Shown: one piece after another, positions 38,657-47,980 of the stretch
Position numbering within the stretch: the first letter of the stretch is position 1
How the letters are laid out: every line of letters begins with the position of its first letter
Assembly (NCBI GenBank): GCA_949293175.1
Contig: CASFCI010000008.1
Coordinates: 954-64,953 of the forward strand
Direction of reading: 5' to 3'
Length of the DNA stretch: 64,000 bases
Origin: an uncultured bacterium
GTDB taxonomy: Bacteria > Bacillota_I > Bacilli_A > RFN20 > CAG-826
Program-made: the position numbers and the translations under genes
The notes under the pieces: model-generated
Told to the model about the DNA's origin: nothing
Seen by the model: only the letters and a program-made list of their open reading frames with translations
Databases searched by the model: none

Positions 38657-39022
38657 TCATTTGGCTTGATTATCCTCAGCCTTTGCTTGCTCAACCGGGG
38701 CCACCCCAAGGCGCTGGGCGCGGCGAAGGGCGCGCTCGGCATCGCGGTCGCCCTCCCTGGCGAAGACGGCCAGGCAGATGACGGCTAGCAGGCTGCCGAT
38801 GAGGAAGAGGATGAGGCCGAAGGTCCGATAGCTTAGCCCGGACCAGTTGGACAGCCACATCGGCTCGGAGTAGAGGATCCAGTTGTCGGAATAAACGACC
38901 GGGAGATGGTCCCCCACTATCCCGAGGATCAGGAAGAACAGACCCGCGAGTGCAATGAAACCGGAGATGCTGTACCAGACGATCTCCTTCTTGGAAAGTT
39001 TCTTCTTGCTGCTTGTCTGCAT
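38657..39022 (-). CDS. Small membrane protein (2 TM) with a charged C-terminal tail
   Basis: ORF plus hydrophobic helices. Confidence 0.45.
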   Translation of the reverse strand: MQTSSKKKLSKKEIVWYSISGFIALAGLFFLILGIVGDHLPVVYSDNWILYSEPMWLSNWSGLSYRTFGLILFLIGSLLAVICLAVFAREGDRDAERALRRAQRLGVAPVEQAKAEDNQAK

Positions 39023-39040
39023 AAATATCTCCTATGACTA

Positions 39041-39904
39041 TTAGGCGGCGGGCTTCTCTATGGCCTGCTGCTTGGCCTCGCGGTCCTTCTTGACCTGCTC
39101 AAGCAAAGCGGCGATGAGCGGGCTGTAGAGGGCGCGGAACGCCGGCTCGGCGTCGCGGATGTAGAGCTGGATGGTCTCGACGGTCTCGCGCATGACCTCC
39201 GGGAACTTCTTCCCGACGGGGAGGTCGCGGCGTCCGGTGATCATCTCCATGAGGGCGAAGATCTTGTCCTCCATGTTCTTGTAGACGAGGTTGCTCTCCC
39301 TGGCCGATCCGCGGACGAAGTTGATGTTCTGGATTATGGTCTGGATGTCGTTGGCGATGAACTTGGAAGAGGGCGACTCGGCGCCTTTGGCTTCCTGGCG
39401 GGCCTTGTTGTACTCATTGAACAGCCCGATGAGGTCGTTGGTGAGGGTGAGGTAGGCAACGCCGCGGAACATGGCATCCTCGGCCTTCCAGGTCTTCTCG
39501 GCGTCGGCGACGTCGATGTTCTTGGCGTGGGCGTCGTTGATGATGCCGCGGATCATCGAGTTGATGTTCTCGTGGATCGGCAGCACGCCGCGGTAGATCG
39601 GGAGGTGCTGGTTGTGGTCGACGCGGAGGCCGTCGTCGGCGAGGTGGAGTATGGTCGAGTTGTCGCCATAGACCTCATCGTAGAAGTCGCGGATGAGCTT
39701 CTCTAGCTTCTGGCCGTTCTCGCCCGAGCGGTCGATGATGTCCTTCAGCGGGGTGTGCTGGTCGACCTCGATGAGGACGGCCCGCTTCTTCTCCTGGAAG
39801 AGCTTGGTATCGTAGGTATCCTTCTTGAGGCAGTACTCAAGAGTGTCCCTGACCGAGACGTTGTAGTGGATCAGGGTGGTGATGACTTCGCTTACTTGGT
39901 TCAT
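39041..39904 (-). CDS. Hypothetical protein (287 aa)
   Basis: ORF. No recognised motif. Confidence 0.45.
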   Translation of the reverse strand: MNQVSEVITTLIHYNVSVRDTLEYCLKKDTYDTKLFQEKKRAVLIEVDQHTPLKDIIDRSGENGQKLEKLIRDFYDEVYGDNSTILHLADDGLRVDHNQHLPIYRGVLPIHENINSMIRGIINDAHAKNIDVADAEKTWKAEDAMFRGVAYLTLTNDLIGLFNEYNKARQEAKGAESPSSKFIANDIQTIIQNINFVRGSARESNLVYKNMEDKIFALMEMITGRRDLPVGKKFPEVMRETVETIQLYIRDAEPAFRALYSPLIAALLEQVKKDREAKQQAIEKPAA

Positions 39905-39935
39905 TTGCTGATTTTCCCTTCAATTGCGGTTAGTC

Positions 39936-40778
39936 CTATCCAACCGATGGGTATAGGATCTGCTCTAGATCGGCCACTTTGTCGATGACGTGGGCCGCGT
40001 GGGCCTTCACCGAATCGGGGGCATGGCTCATGCAGTAGCTGTTGGCATTGAAGCAGTCGAACATCGAGACGTCGTTTCCGGAGTCGCCGACAACTAGGAT
40101 ATTATCCTTTGAAATTCCTAGGTAATCAAGATATTTGATGACCCCGCTGGCCTTGGTGCACCCCTTCGGGGTGACCTCGATGAACTGATTGAGCCAGGTG
40201 AACTCGAAATCCGGGTATTCGCCTTTCAGCTGCTCGGTTAGCCGCTCGGCCTCCTGCTTCTTCTTCGCCCCGATGCCGACGAGGATCATGATCTTCATCG
40301 TCTCGCCCTTCTCGATCTCGGCGTAGAAGACGTGGTCGCTCCGCACGAACGGCTCGCGGTAGACGCCCTGGAAAGCCTCATAGGCGAAGTAGCCGAAGTT
40401 GGTCAGCTTGTTGACCCGCGTCTTGGTCATGACGATGGGCCGGGTCTTCGAGGTGAGCAATAGCAAGGCCGGGTCGATGCGCTTCCTTATGTCGGAAAGG
40501 AATGCCTTAAGCGGCTTGGGCTCGAAGAAGGCCTCGAAGATGAGCTTCCCGCCGACGTTGACGAAGGTGCCATCGCAGCCGATCCAATCGATCGGGCGCC
40601 CCGCTTTCCTGATGAACTTGTCGTGGAAGTTGTGCGAGCGCGAGCTGGCCACGACCAGCCTCCCGCCTTTGGAGAAGAAAAGGTCGAGGAAGGCGCGGTT
40701 GGCCCGCGGGAGCATCTTTATCGGGGACTTCGGGTAGAACAGCGTCCCGTCCAGATCGGTGGCGATTACCTGTATCAT
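39936..40778 (-). CDS. Cof-type HAD-IIB phosphatase. Start chosen at 'MIQVIATDLDGTLF'.
   Basis: 'IATDLDGTLF'. 'VVGDSGNDVSMF'. The ORF's N-terminal extension runs through the hpf terminator and is rejected. Confidence 0.75.
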   Translation of the reverse strand: MIQVIATDLDGTLFYPKSPIKMLPRANRAFLDLFFSKGGRLVVASSRSHNFHDKFIRKAGRPIDWIGCDGTFVNVGGKLIFEAFFEPKPLKAFLSDIRKRIDPALLLLTSKTRPIVMTKTRVNKLTNFGYFAYEAFQGVYREPFVRSDHVFYAEIEKGETMKIMILVGIGAKKKQEAERLTEQLKGEYPDFEFTWLNQFIEVTPKGCTKASGVIKYLDYLGISKDNILVVGDSGNDVSMFDCFNANSYCMSHAPDSVKAHAAHVIDKVADLEQILYPSVG

Positions 40779-40807
40779 CGGGAAGATTCTACGCTTTTTC
40801 ATAGCCA

Positions 40808-40848
40808 AAAAGAAAAAGGGGCCTCCGAAGAGACCCCCAGTATCAAGG
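40808..40848 (-). terminator. Terminator after hpf
   Basis: Minus-strand ggggtctc-ttcg-gaggcccc followed by tttttcttttt. Confidence 0.5.
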
Positions 40849-40857
40849 AGGAAATCC

Positions 40858-41403
40858 TTATTTGAGCTGGTTCTCGGCCTGGATGACGCCATAGCCGCCA
40901 TCGAGGCGCTTGTAAGCGACCGAGATCTCGTTATCGTCGTCGTCGAGGTAGACGAAGAAGGAATGCCCGAGGGCCTCCATCCTGGTGATGGCCTCGTCGA
41001 TGGTCATCGGCTCGAGGTAGATAGACTTGGTCCTGACGATGGTCTCATCGCCGTCATCCTGCTCCTCGAAGTTCTCGAAGGCGAGGGCCTTGCCAAGGGA
41101 ATCGGCTTCCTTGGTGCGGTCCATGCGGGTCTTGAGCTTCCTCATCTGGCCCTCGAGCTTGTCGATGGCGAAGTCGACGGCGGCGTATAGATCGTTATCG
41201 CGCACCTCGGTGCGGAAGGTCATCTGCTTGGTGAAGATGGTGATCTCGACCTTGGCTCCCACCTGGTAGGAGCGGACCACGGCGCGGCATAGCACGTCGT
41301 CGTTGATCACGAAGTACTTGTCCATACGGGCAAGCTTCTTCTCGATGTCTGCGCGGATAGCATCGGTGACATCGATGTTCTTACCGATAATTTGGAATTT
41401 CAT
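40858..41403 (-). CDS. hpf: Ribosome hibernation promoting factor (long form)
   Basis: 'MKFQIIGKNIDVTDAIRADIEKKLARMDKYF'. 181 aa. Confidence 0.9.
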   Translation of the reverse strand: MKFQIIGKNIDVTDAIRADIEKKLARMDKYFVINDDVLCRAVVRSYQVGAKVEITIFTKQMTFRTEVRDNDLYAAVDFAIDKLEGQMRKLKTRMDRTKEADSLGKALAFENFEEQDDGDETIVRTKSIYLEPMTIDEAITRMEALGHSFFVYLDDDDNEISVAYKRLDGGYGVIQAENQLK

Positions 41404-41495
41404 ATATTCTGCCCCTCCTAAGGGCTTACACCATTATTTTACGTGAAATTGCCTTTTAGGAAAGAGCGAATGTAAGCCCTTACTCGAAAACCGAC

Positions 41496-42671
41496 TTATT
41501 TGGCCTTGGAAGCGAAGAAATCGCGCAAAACCTCAACCTTATCCAATTTTTCCCATGGCAGGTCGAGGTCAGGGCGACCGAAGGCCCCGTAATTGGACAC
41601 ATCGGCGTAGCGGAAGGTGGGCTCGTTGAGCTTGAACTGCTTGATTATCGCCATCGGGCGGGCGTCGAAATAGCGGTCTATCGCCTCAAGGATGACGGAA
41701 TCCGGGACCTTCTTGGTGCCGAAGGTCGATAGCGAGATGCTAAGCGGCTTAGCCACGCCGATGGCGTAGCTCAGCTGTATCTCGAGGCGGTTGGCCGCCC
41801 CGGCCGCCACGAGGTTCTTGGCGATGTAGCGAGCGTAGTAGGAGGCCGAGCGGTCGACCTTCGAGGGGTCTTTGCCGGAGAAGGATCCGCCGCCGTGGCG
41901 GGATGCCCCACCATAGGTGTCGACGATTATCTTGCGCCCGGTGAGCCCGGTGTCGCCGGCCGGGCCGCCGATGACGAAGTTGCCCGTCGGGTTGATCAGG
42001 AAGATGAAGTCGGTGTTGAGGCCGAAGCTCTCCGCCACCGGGACCATGATCTGGTCGTGGACGTATTCCTTGAACGCCTTGCGGTCGATGTCCGGGTCGT
42101 GCTGGATGGACATGAGGATGGTGTGGATGCGCGGCTTGTCGCCCGAATAGTCTATGGTAACCTGGCTCTTCATGTCGGGGCGGGCGCCCTTGAAATCGCC
42201 GCTCTTCCTCTTTGAGGAAGCGACCCTAACCAGCTTATGGGCGATGGTGATGGGAAGCGGCATGTAGCCGTCGCTCTCGTCGGTCGCGTAGCCGAACATG
42301 ATGCCCTGGTCGCCGGCGCCCATGTCGAGGTCATCAGCCGGGTTGACGCCCATGGCGATGTCGCCGCTTTGCTCCTTGACCACGACCTTTATCTCGCAGC
42401 TGTCGGCCCCGATGCCCTTCTCGGCCTTGTCGTAGCCGATGCCGCGCAGCACTTTGCGCGCAATGCCCTCATAATCGACGCCTTCGACGCCGGAAATCTC
42501 CCCGCCGATCAGGATGAACTCGGTGGTGGCGAACACCTCGCAGGCGACGTGGGCCCACTTGTTGCGCGACAGGCACTCGTCGAGGATCGCGTCCGCGATC
42601 TGGTCGCAGACCTTGTCGGGATGGCCTTCCGAAACCGATTCGGAGGTCAATAGGAATTGCTCTTTGTCCAT
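41496..42671 (-). CDS. metK: S-adenosylmethionine synthetase
   Basis: 'SESVSEGHPDKVCDQI'. 'GGGAFSGKDPSKVDRS'. Confidence 0.9.
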   Translation of the reverse strand: MDKEQFLLTSESVSEGHPDKVCDQIADAILDECLSRNKWAHVACEVFATTEFILIGGEISGVEGVDYEGIARKVLRGIGYDKAEKGIGADSCEIKVVVKEQSGDIAMGVNPADDLDMGAGDQGIMFGYATDESDGYMPLPITIAHKLVRVASSKRKSGDFKGARPDMKSQVTIDYSGDKPRIHTILMSIQHDPDIDRKAFKEYVHDQIMVPVAESFGLNTDFIFLINPTGNFVIGGPAGDTGLTGRKIIVDTYGGASRHGGGSFSGKDPSKVDRSASYYARYIAKNLVAAGAANRLEIQLSYAIGVAKPLSISLSTFGTKKVPDSVILEAIDRYFDARPMAIIKQFKLNEPTFRYADVSNYGAFGRPDLDLPWEKLDKVEVLRDFFASKAK

Positions 42672-42732
42672 GTTTTCTCCTTCCGACGAAAATATCGTTG
42701 CCCCCACATACGGAAGCGACTTCGCCGGTTCC

Positions 42733-42840
42733 GTCAGGCATCGTTCCCCAGTGGGTTTGGGGCTATGGCGAGCACTTACCGCTATAGCGGAGTTGCTAGC
42801 GCTCTGGTTACGCCACAGGAAGCGCTTCTTGATGCCTGAC
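42733..42840 (-). promoter_or_regulatory. Structured metK leader: putative SAM-responsive riboswitch. The four-way junction has S-box/SAM-I-like topology but is non-canonical.
   Basis: 10-bp closing helix GUCAGGCAUC/GAUGCCUGAC. J1/2 'AUCAAGAAG'. P2 hairpin. 'UAGCAACUCC' before P3 (CCGCUAUAGCGG). 'GUGCU' in J3/4. P4 CCCCA..UGGGG. Possible anti-SD CUUCCG pairing with SD CGGAAGGAG. Confidence 0.5.
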
Positions 42841-42887
42841 TTTCGTCAGTGAGGCTAATATACTGCCTCCGCCTTGCGTAGACAACA

Positions 42888-42912
42888 AAAAAGTAGGCCG
42901 GGCGGCCTACTT
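42888..42912 (-). terminator. Terminator after the TSCPD/pduL operon
   Basis: gtaggccg-ggc-cggcctac followed by a T-tract on the minus strand. Confidence 0.55.
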
Positions 42913-43173
42913 GTTCATTTCCTTTATTTCCCTAAGGGCGATCGATATCTGATCGGGGCAGGAGGTCATGCGGTTCCTCGACCCGCGGCATATAATGCCG
43001 GACAGCCGATTTATCGCATCGTCGATCTTCATTCCCTCGAGCAGTTTCCCAATGCCCTGCAGGTTGCCATGGCATCCCCCTTCGACGCGCAGCCCCTTGA
43101 TGACGTCGCCTTCGTATTCGATCGTCATCTTGCGGGAGCAGACGTTGGACGGGGTGAAGACGTACTCAGCCAT
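42907..43173 (-). CDS. Stand-alone TSCPD-domain protein
   Basis: Contains the literal 'TSCPD' motif and Cys pairs. 88 aa. Confidence 0.65.
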   Translation of the reverse strand: MAEYVFTPSNVCSRKMTIEYEGDVIKGLRVEGGCHGNLQGIGKLLEGMKIDDAINRLSGIICRGSRNRMTSCPDQISIALREIKEMNK

Positions 43174-43868
43174 TATTCCTTGTGGCAGCAGTGGCCTTCG
43201 CCGTGGTGGCAGCAGCAGTCGCCTTCCTCGCCTTCGCAGCAGCAGGAATCGGACATGTATAGGATCTCGCCGTAGACGGTCCCGCCGGCCTCGGCGGCGT
43301 TGCTCTCGTCGGTGTCGATGTGCATGGCGAGCGAGAACTTCTCGCTGACGCGGATGATGGTGTCGCCGTAGATGGTGGTCCTATCCGGGGTCTCGATGGC
43401 GACGTAGACGGAGTCGCCGTCCTTGACGTTGAACTCCTCGGCGTCCTTCGGGGTCATGTGGATGTGGCGCTTGGCGACTATGGCGCCTTCCTTGAGCTCA
43501 AGGGTCCTTCCGTTGAGCGGGTTGACCAAGGTGATCGGGGCGCTGCCCTTCACGTCGCCGGAGAGGCGGATCGGGGCGGCGATGCCGAGGGTCCTGGCGT
43601 CGGTGGCCGAGACCTCGACCTGGTTTAGGCTGCGGAGCGGGCCGAGGATCGAGACGTTCTTGATCTCGCGCGGCTTGCCGGTCTTCGGGTTGACTGGGCC
43701 GACTAGGTTTAGCCTGACGTCCGAGACGTACTGGCCAGGCTGGGATAGCGGCTTCCTGACGTTGAGGGTGGCGTGTTCGCCCTCGGCGGCGCCCATCAGG
43801 TAATCGAACGAAGCCTGATCGAGGTGAATGTGGCGGGCGCTGGTCTCCACTAGAATCTTCTTTTCCAT
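43173..43868 (-). CDS. pduL: PduL/EutD-type phosphotransacylase with a C-terminal Cys/His-rich tail
   Basis: 'ILGPLRSLNQVEVSATDARTLGIAAPIRLSG' and 'AKRHIHM' match PduL. Tail 'CCCEGEEGDCCCHHGEGHCCHKE'. Confidence 0.85.
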   Translation of the reverse strand: MEKKILVETSARHIHLDQASFDYLMGAAEGEHATLNVRKPLSQPGQYVSDVRLNLVGPVNPKTGKPREIKNVSILGPLRSLNQVEVSATDARTLGIAAPIRLSGDVKGSAPITLVNPLNGRTLELKEGAIVAKRHIHMTPKDAEEFNVKDGDSVYVAIETPDRTTIYGDTIIRVSEKFSLAMHIDTDESNAAEAGGTVYGEILYMSDSCCCEGEEGDCCCHHGEGHCCHKE

Positions 43869-43982
43869 TTTTGCTCTCCTAAAGCGCCGTCATTATATGA
43901 CGAGCAAACAACTTTGATAAGCATTTTGCCCTTTTCTTTGCCCCACTGTGGTGTCTATGATTTAGCGGCGGAGGTAAAAGCC

Positions 43983-45449
43983 ATGGCCGAAGAGGAAAAG
44001 CTCAACGAGCAGATCGTCAAGAAGACGATAGACAGCGAAGAGCTGGAAGAAATAATAAAGTCCAAGGACAAGAAGAAGCTGCGCGACCTTTTCGTGACCA
44101 TCCCGGCGATCGATTTGGCTGAGGCGGCCAACGACATCCCCGACGAGGACCTTATCTATATATTCAGGACGGTCGAGAGCGCCTATACCGCGGATTTCTT
44201 CGCCGAGCTTTCCGGCGACGCCAAGGAATCGCTCATCAAGGCGATGACCGATAAGGAGCTGGTGAGCGTCATCAACGGGCAAAGCGCCGACGACGTCACC
44301 GATGCGGTCGTCGATTTGCCAGCCAACCTGGCGAGCCGCGTCATGCGGGCCGCCGACCCCGACATGCGCAAGGACATCAACACCCTGCTCAACTACAAAG
44401 AGGACACCGCCGGTGCCTTGATGACCACCGAGTACCTCGAGTTCCTCGGCGACATGACCGTTGAGGAGGCGATCGAGGCCATAAGGGCCAAAGGAAAGGA
44501 CGCGGAGACCATCTACACCATCTTCGTCAAGGACAAGCAGCGCCATTTCCTGGGCACCGTCGACCTCGACGATCTGATCTTCGCCTCCAAGGAGCAGAAG
44601 CTCTCCGACATCATGAACAAGGACGTGGTGAGCTGCCTCACCTCGACCGACCAGGAGGAGGTCGGGCAGATGTTCGCCCGCTACGACCTCAACGCCATGG
44701 CCGTCTTAAATGAGGACAAACGACTCGTCGGCGTCATCACCATCGACGACGCGGTCGACGTCTTGACCGAGGAATCCAACGAGGATGTCGCTAGGCTCAC
44801 CAACATGGAGCCGACCGAGGTCCCGTATATGGAGCTCAACACCTGGGAGAACGCCAAGCGGTGCATCCCCTGGATCATAATCCTGCTGGTGCTAGGCACC
44901 TTCGGCTCGATGATCCTCTCCTTCTTCCAGGATAAGCTCGAGACCCTCGCGATCCTCGCGGCCTTCATACCGACGCTGCTAGACACCGGAGGCAACTCCG
45001 GCGGCCAGACCACCGGCTTGATGGTAAGAAGCCTCGCCCTCAAGGAATTCGGCCCGAAGCAGATGCTCAAGGTCCTTTGGAGGGAGCTGAAGGCCGGCAT
45101 CGTCGTCGGCGCGATCGTCGCCTGCTTCGCCTTCGCCTGGTTCACCATGGAGCAATACACCGGGATCGTCAGCAACGGCGAGTTCGACGGGGTCAACATC
45201 TGGGCCGGCAACTGCTGGAACATGGCCTTCTTTGAGGCGACCATGAAGATATCAGCCTTGGTGTCGCTGACCGCCTTCCTTGCCATCACCCTAGCGAAGG
45301 TGATAGGTGCCCTATTGCCGCTGACCACCGCGGCCATCAAGAAGGATCCGGCCTTGGTGTCGCAGCCGCTGCTTACCACCATCATGGATATAGTCACCCT
45401 GATCGTCTACTTCTCGGTCGCGATGGCTTTCTTCCCACAGCTGGCGTAA
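43983..45449 (+). CDS. mgtE: Magnesium transporter MgtE
   Basis: N-terminal domain, tandem CBS, 5-TM C-terminus. RBS ggaggt upstream of the 43983 ATG. Confidence 0.85.
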   Translation: MAEEEKLNEQIVKKTIDSEELEEIIKSKDKKKLRDLFVTIPAIDLAEAANDIPDEDLIYIFRTVESAYTADFFAELSGDAKESLIKAMTDKELVSVINGQSADDVTDAVVDLPANLASRVMRAADPDMRKDINTLLNYKEDTAGALMTTEYLEFLGDMTVEEAIEAIRAKGKDAETIYTIFVKDKQRHFLGTVDLDDLIFASKEQKLSDIMNKDVVSCLTSTDQEEVGQMFARYDLNAMAVLNEDKRLVGVITIDDAVDVLTEESNEDVARLTNMEPTEVPYMELNTWENAKRCIPWIIILLVLGTFGSMILSFFQDKLETLAILAAFIPTLLDTGGNSGGQTTGLMVRSLALKEFGPKQMLKVLWRELKAGIVVGAIVACFAFAWFTMEQYTGIVSNGEFDGVNIWAGNCWNMAFFEATMKISALVSLTAFLAITLAKVIGALLPLTTAAIKKDPALVSQPLLTTIMDIVTLIVYFSVAMAFFPQLA

Positions 45450-45466
45450 GGACAAAAAAGAAATAT

Positions 45467-45495
45467 TTGATTGTCCGGCGAGGTAACTCTATAAT
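45467..45495 (+). promoter_or_regulatory. Sigma-70 promoter for tRNA-Leu(GAG)
   Basis: TTGATT, 17-nt spacer, TATAAT, about 10 nt before the tRNA 5' end. Confidence 0.6.
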
Positions 45496-45505
45496 TACCC
45501 TCGCT

Positions 45506-45590
<85 letters not shown>

Positions 45591-45597
45591 AGAAAAA

Positions 45598-45632
45598 TCA
45601 AATGACGCCTGGAATCAGGCGTTTTTTGTTTT
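45598..45632 (+). terminator. Terminator after tRNA-Leu(GAG)
   Basis: gacgcctg-gaat-caggcgt followed by tttttgtttt. Confidence 0.7.
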
Positions 45633-45749
45633 ATACATAAAAACACGCGCACCCAACGGGATTGCATCGAAATAGCGGCAAGGTTTCTTCGGGTTTGATT
45701 CAAAACTTGTTATTAAAGTTTTTGATAATGTTGTTATAGGTGAAGGGCT

Positions 45750-46604
45750 ATGAATCTAACCAACGACATTTCAATTATCTGCGGCGTATTGCAATTAAGC
45801 GAAGCCGAACTTGCCAAAAAACTGGGTGTTTCGATTGAGACGATAGACAATTGGAAAAAGGGGATAAATGAGCCATCGGCCGCGAATCTAGAGAAGTTTT
45901 ACTCATTTGCCTATTCGAGCAAGATAAACCTGAATAACGTCTATGAGCAACTTTTCAAAGAAGAAAAAGAAACCGACGGGCATGTGGTCTTATTTCATGG
46001 GGCCAAGAAGGATTTCTCCTTGCCTATAGATTTCCTGTCAAACTACAAGGCCACCAATGATTTCGGGGTCGGATTCTATTTGGGGGAGACGTTCGAGCAA
46101 GCCGCGAATTACATTTCGGTTTTAAATCGCAATTTCGTCTATTGCTTCTGCCTGAATACGAAAAAGCTGAAAATCTACAAATTCGGAGTAGATACCGAAT
46201 GGATGATTGCCATCGCCTACCATAGGGGATGGCTTGAGAATTACAAAAACAGCCCGTTGGTGGAAAAGATAGTCGGCAAGCTGCCTTCTTATGACATCAT
46301 CATCGCCCCCATTGCCGACAACCGAATGTTCGACATCATCGCGGAATTCGTCGAAGGCGAAATCACCGACGAGCAGTGCAAGCACGCGCTTTCGGCGACG
46401 AATTTGGGCTTCCAATATGTATTGAAGACCAGTAAGGCTTTGGAAGGCATTGAGCTGCTTCGGGAAATGTATGTATGCGAAAAGGAAAAGAGCATGTGCC
46501 TTGAAAACAGGCGGCTGCTCGCGGAAAACGGGTCGCAGAAAGTAAAAATCGCAAGAATCAAATACAAGAACCAAGGCCATTACATCGAGGAGATACTGAA
46601 ATGA
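45750..46604 (+). CDS. XRE-family HTH fused to a DUF3990-like domain (HG[SA] and GFY motifs)
   Basis: N-terminus 'LSEAELAKKLGVSIETIDNWKKG'. Then 'VVLFHGAKKDF...NDFGVGFYLGETFEQAANY'. Low-GC island 3' of the tRNA. Confidence 0.6.
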   Translation: MNLTNDISIICGVLQLSEAELAKKLGVSIETIDNWKKGINEPSAANLEKFYSFAYSSKINLNNVYEQLFKEEKETDGHVVLFHGAKKDFSLPIDFLSNYKATNDFGVGFYLGETFEQAANYISVLNRNFVYCFCLNTKKLKIYKFGVDTEWMIAIAYHRGWLENYKNSPLVEKIVGKLPSYDIIIAPIADNRMFDIIAEFVEGEITDEQCKHALSATNLGFQYVLKTSKALEGIELLREMYVCEKEKSMCLENRRLLAENGSQKVKIARIKYKNQGHYIEEILK

Positions 46605-47437
46605 CCCCGCTTAGTTTCATCGAGTTAAAATTATGCCAGGCACAGGCCAAAATATTCGAAGCCTCGGTAACTAAAACCGACTACAGCTCGCCGATCTTCA
46701 TAAGGCGCTTCGCATATTCCTCACTCGCGAAATCCTTTGACGACAAGGTTTACTTATACCGTTCTGATTCCATAGACGAGGCCATAGGGCTCATCGACGA
46801 GGAATTTGGCAAAGCCAAGTATGGCAAAACAAAATACAGCGCCGACCAGATGTTTTGGATTGGCTATATCTATCGGTGCATCTGCATTAAGTACAACTTG
46901 TCCAGCAAAAGCGTCTATAGGCTTTTCGATGGCAGAAAAATCGTCGATTATTACAACATCTGCCACACTTTCGACATAGTCGATGCCGCCGAAAGGATGA
47001 TGGAAAGCATCAACTATGACGATTCTTCGCCTCAGCAGAAAGCCTACAAAATCGCCAAACGACTCCTTTATACGCAGAAGCTAATCGAATTAATTGGCCA
47101 GCACGTAAAGGTTATCGTCGATCGGCCGATAGGATATATCCATAATGGAATTGCCTATAAATTAAACTACGGCTACATAAAAAACCTTAAGGCAATGGAT
47201 GGCGAATATCAGGATGCCTATGTCCTTGGGGTCGATGAGCCAATCGATGGCTTCGAAGGCCAAGTGATAGGCGTAATCCATTGGAAAGACGATATCGAGG
47301 ATAAGCTCCTCGTAGCCGGTGCATCAGCGAATTACTCAAAACAGGAAATCAAGAAAGCGATCAATTTTCAGGAACGCTATTTCAAAAGCAAGATCATCCT
47401 CCCCGAGAACTTGCCTAATAGCATAGCCGCGGATTGA
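46601..47437 (+). CDS. Two-domain protein: unknown N-terminal domain plus an N-terminally truncated family-I inorganic-pyrophosphatase-like domain
   Basis: C-terminus 'VDRPIGYIHNGIAYKLNYGYIKNLKAMDGEYQDAYVLG...EGQVIGVIHWKDDIEDKLLVAG' parallels PPase 'VDRF...YPCNYGYI...DGDPVDVLV...PGSVI...DEAGEDAKLVAV'. ATGA overlap with the upstream gene. Confidence 0.55.
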   Translation: MTPLSFIELKLCQAQAKIFEASVTKTDYSSPIFIRRFAYSSLAKSFDDKVYLYRSDSIDEAIGLIDEEFGKAKYGKTKYSADQMFWIGYIYRCICIKYNLSSKSVYRLFDGRKIVDYYNICHTFDIVDAAERMMESINYDDSSPQQKAYKIAKRLLYTQKLIELIGQHVKVIVDRPIGYIHNGIAYKLNYGYIKNLKAMDGEYQDAYVLGVDEPIDGFEGQVIGVIHWKDDIEDKLLVAGASANYSKQEIKKAINFQERYFKSKIILPENLPNSIAAD

Positions 47438-47533
47438 GCATTACTAATCAAGCCACATTTAAATGACGTCTTCCGACTTTCCTATTTTTCCCATCGCCTA
47501 GCCCTTGGAGTCGGGACGAGGTATCATACCTGC

Positions 47534-47935
47534 ATGGAAAAAAGCGGAGTGGAATCCGGATATAAGAAAGAATACCTCGACAGGCTATCCCGGCACGACC
47601 GCTCGATAAAGATCGCCCTTTTCGTCATCCCCTGCGCCCTATTGCTCATCATGACCATCGGCATGTTCTTGCCGATCTTCGGAATAAAGGATGGGCCTAA
47701 GGACGACACGGTCGAGAACATATCCCTTTTCAAGGCCCACGCCTTCTACTTCTCACATGCCGCCTTATCGATAAACACCTTCGCCATCGCCGCCGGGATG
47801 GTCTATCTGATATTGCCTTCCACCCCGGAATACCGCTTCGCCAAGATCACCTATTTCACTTTGCTTTCCCTTGCAATATCCGTCTCGGTCGCCAGCTATT
47901 GCCTGGATTGGATGAACTTCGCATTGGACAAATAG
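47534..47935 (+). CDS. Small membrane protein, unknown
   Basis: ORF with 3-4 TM helices. Confidence 0.45.
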   Translation: MEKSGVESGYKKEYLDRLSRHDRSIKIALFVIPCALLLIMTIGMFLPIFGIKDGPKDDTVENISLFKAHAFYFSHAALSINTFAIAAGMVYLILPSTPEYRFAKITYFTLLSLAISVSVASYCLDWMNFALDK

Positions 47936-47980
47936 CGAACAAAAAAGGCGGGTTTTGCGCCCGCCTTTGATAATCCGTCC

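Noticed and set aside
42672-42860. Canonical SAM-I (S-box) riboswitch call
   Set aside because: The conserved P2 kink-turn/pseudoknot nucleotides (GGAGGGA...GGCCC) and the GGUGC.AA.UCC J3/4 motif are not present as such. It is kept only as a non-canonical S-box-like candidate.
43869-43982. M-box (ykoK) Mg2+ riboswitch upstream of mgtE
   Set aside because: The leader is only ~115 nt and lacks the conserved M-box helices/sequence. It is probably just a promoter plus RBS.
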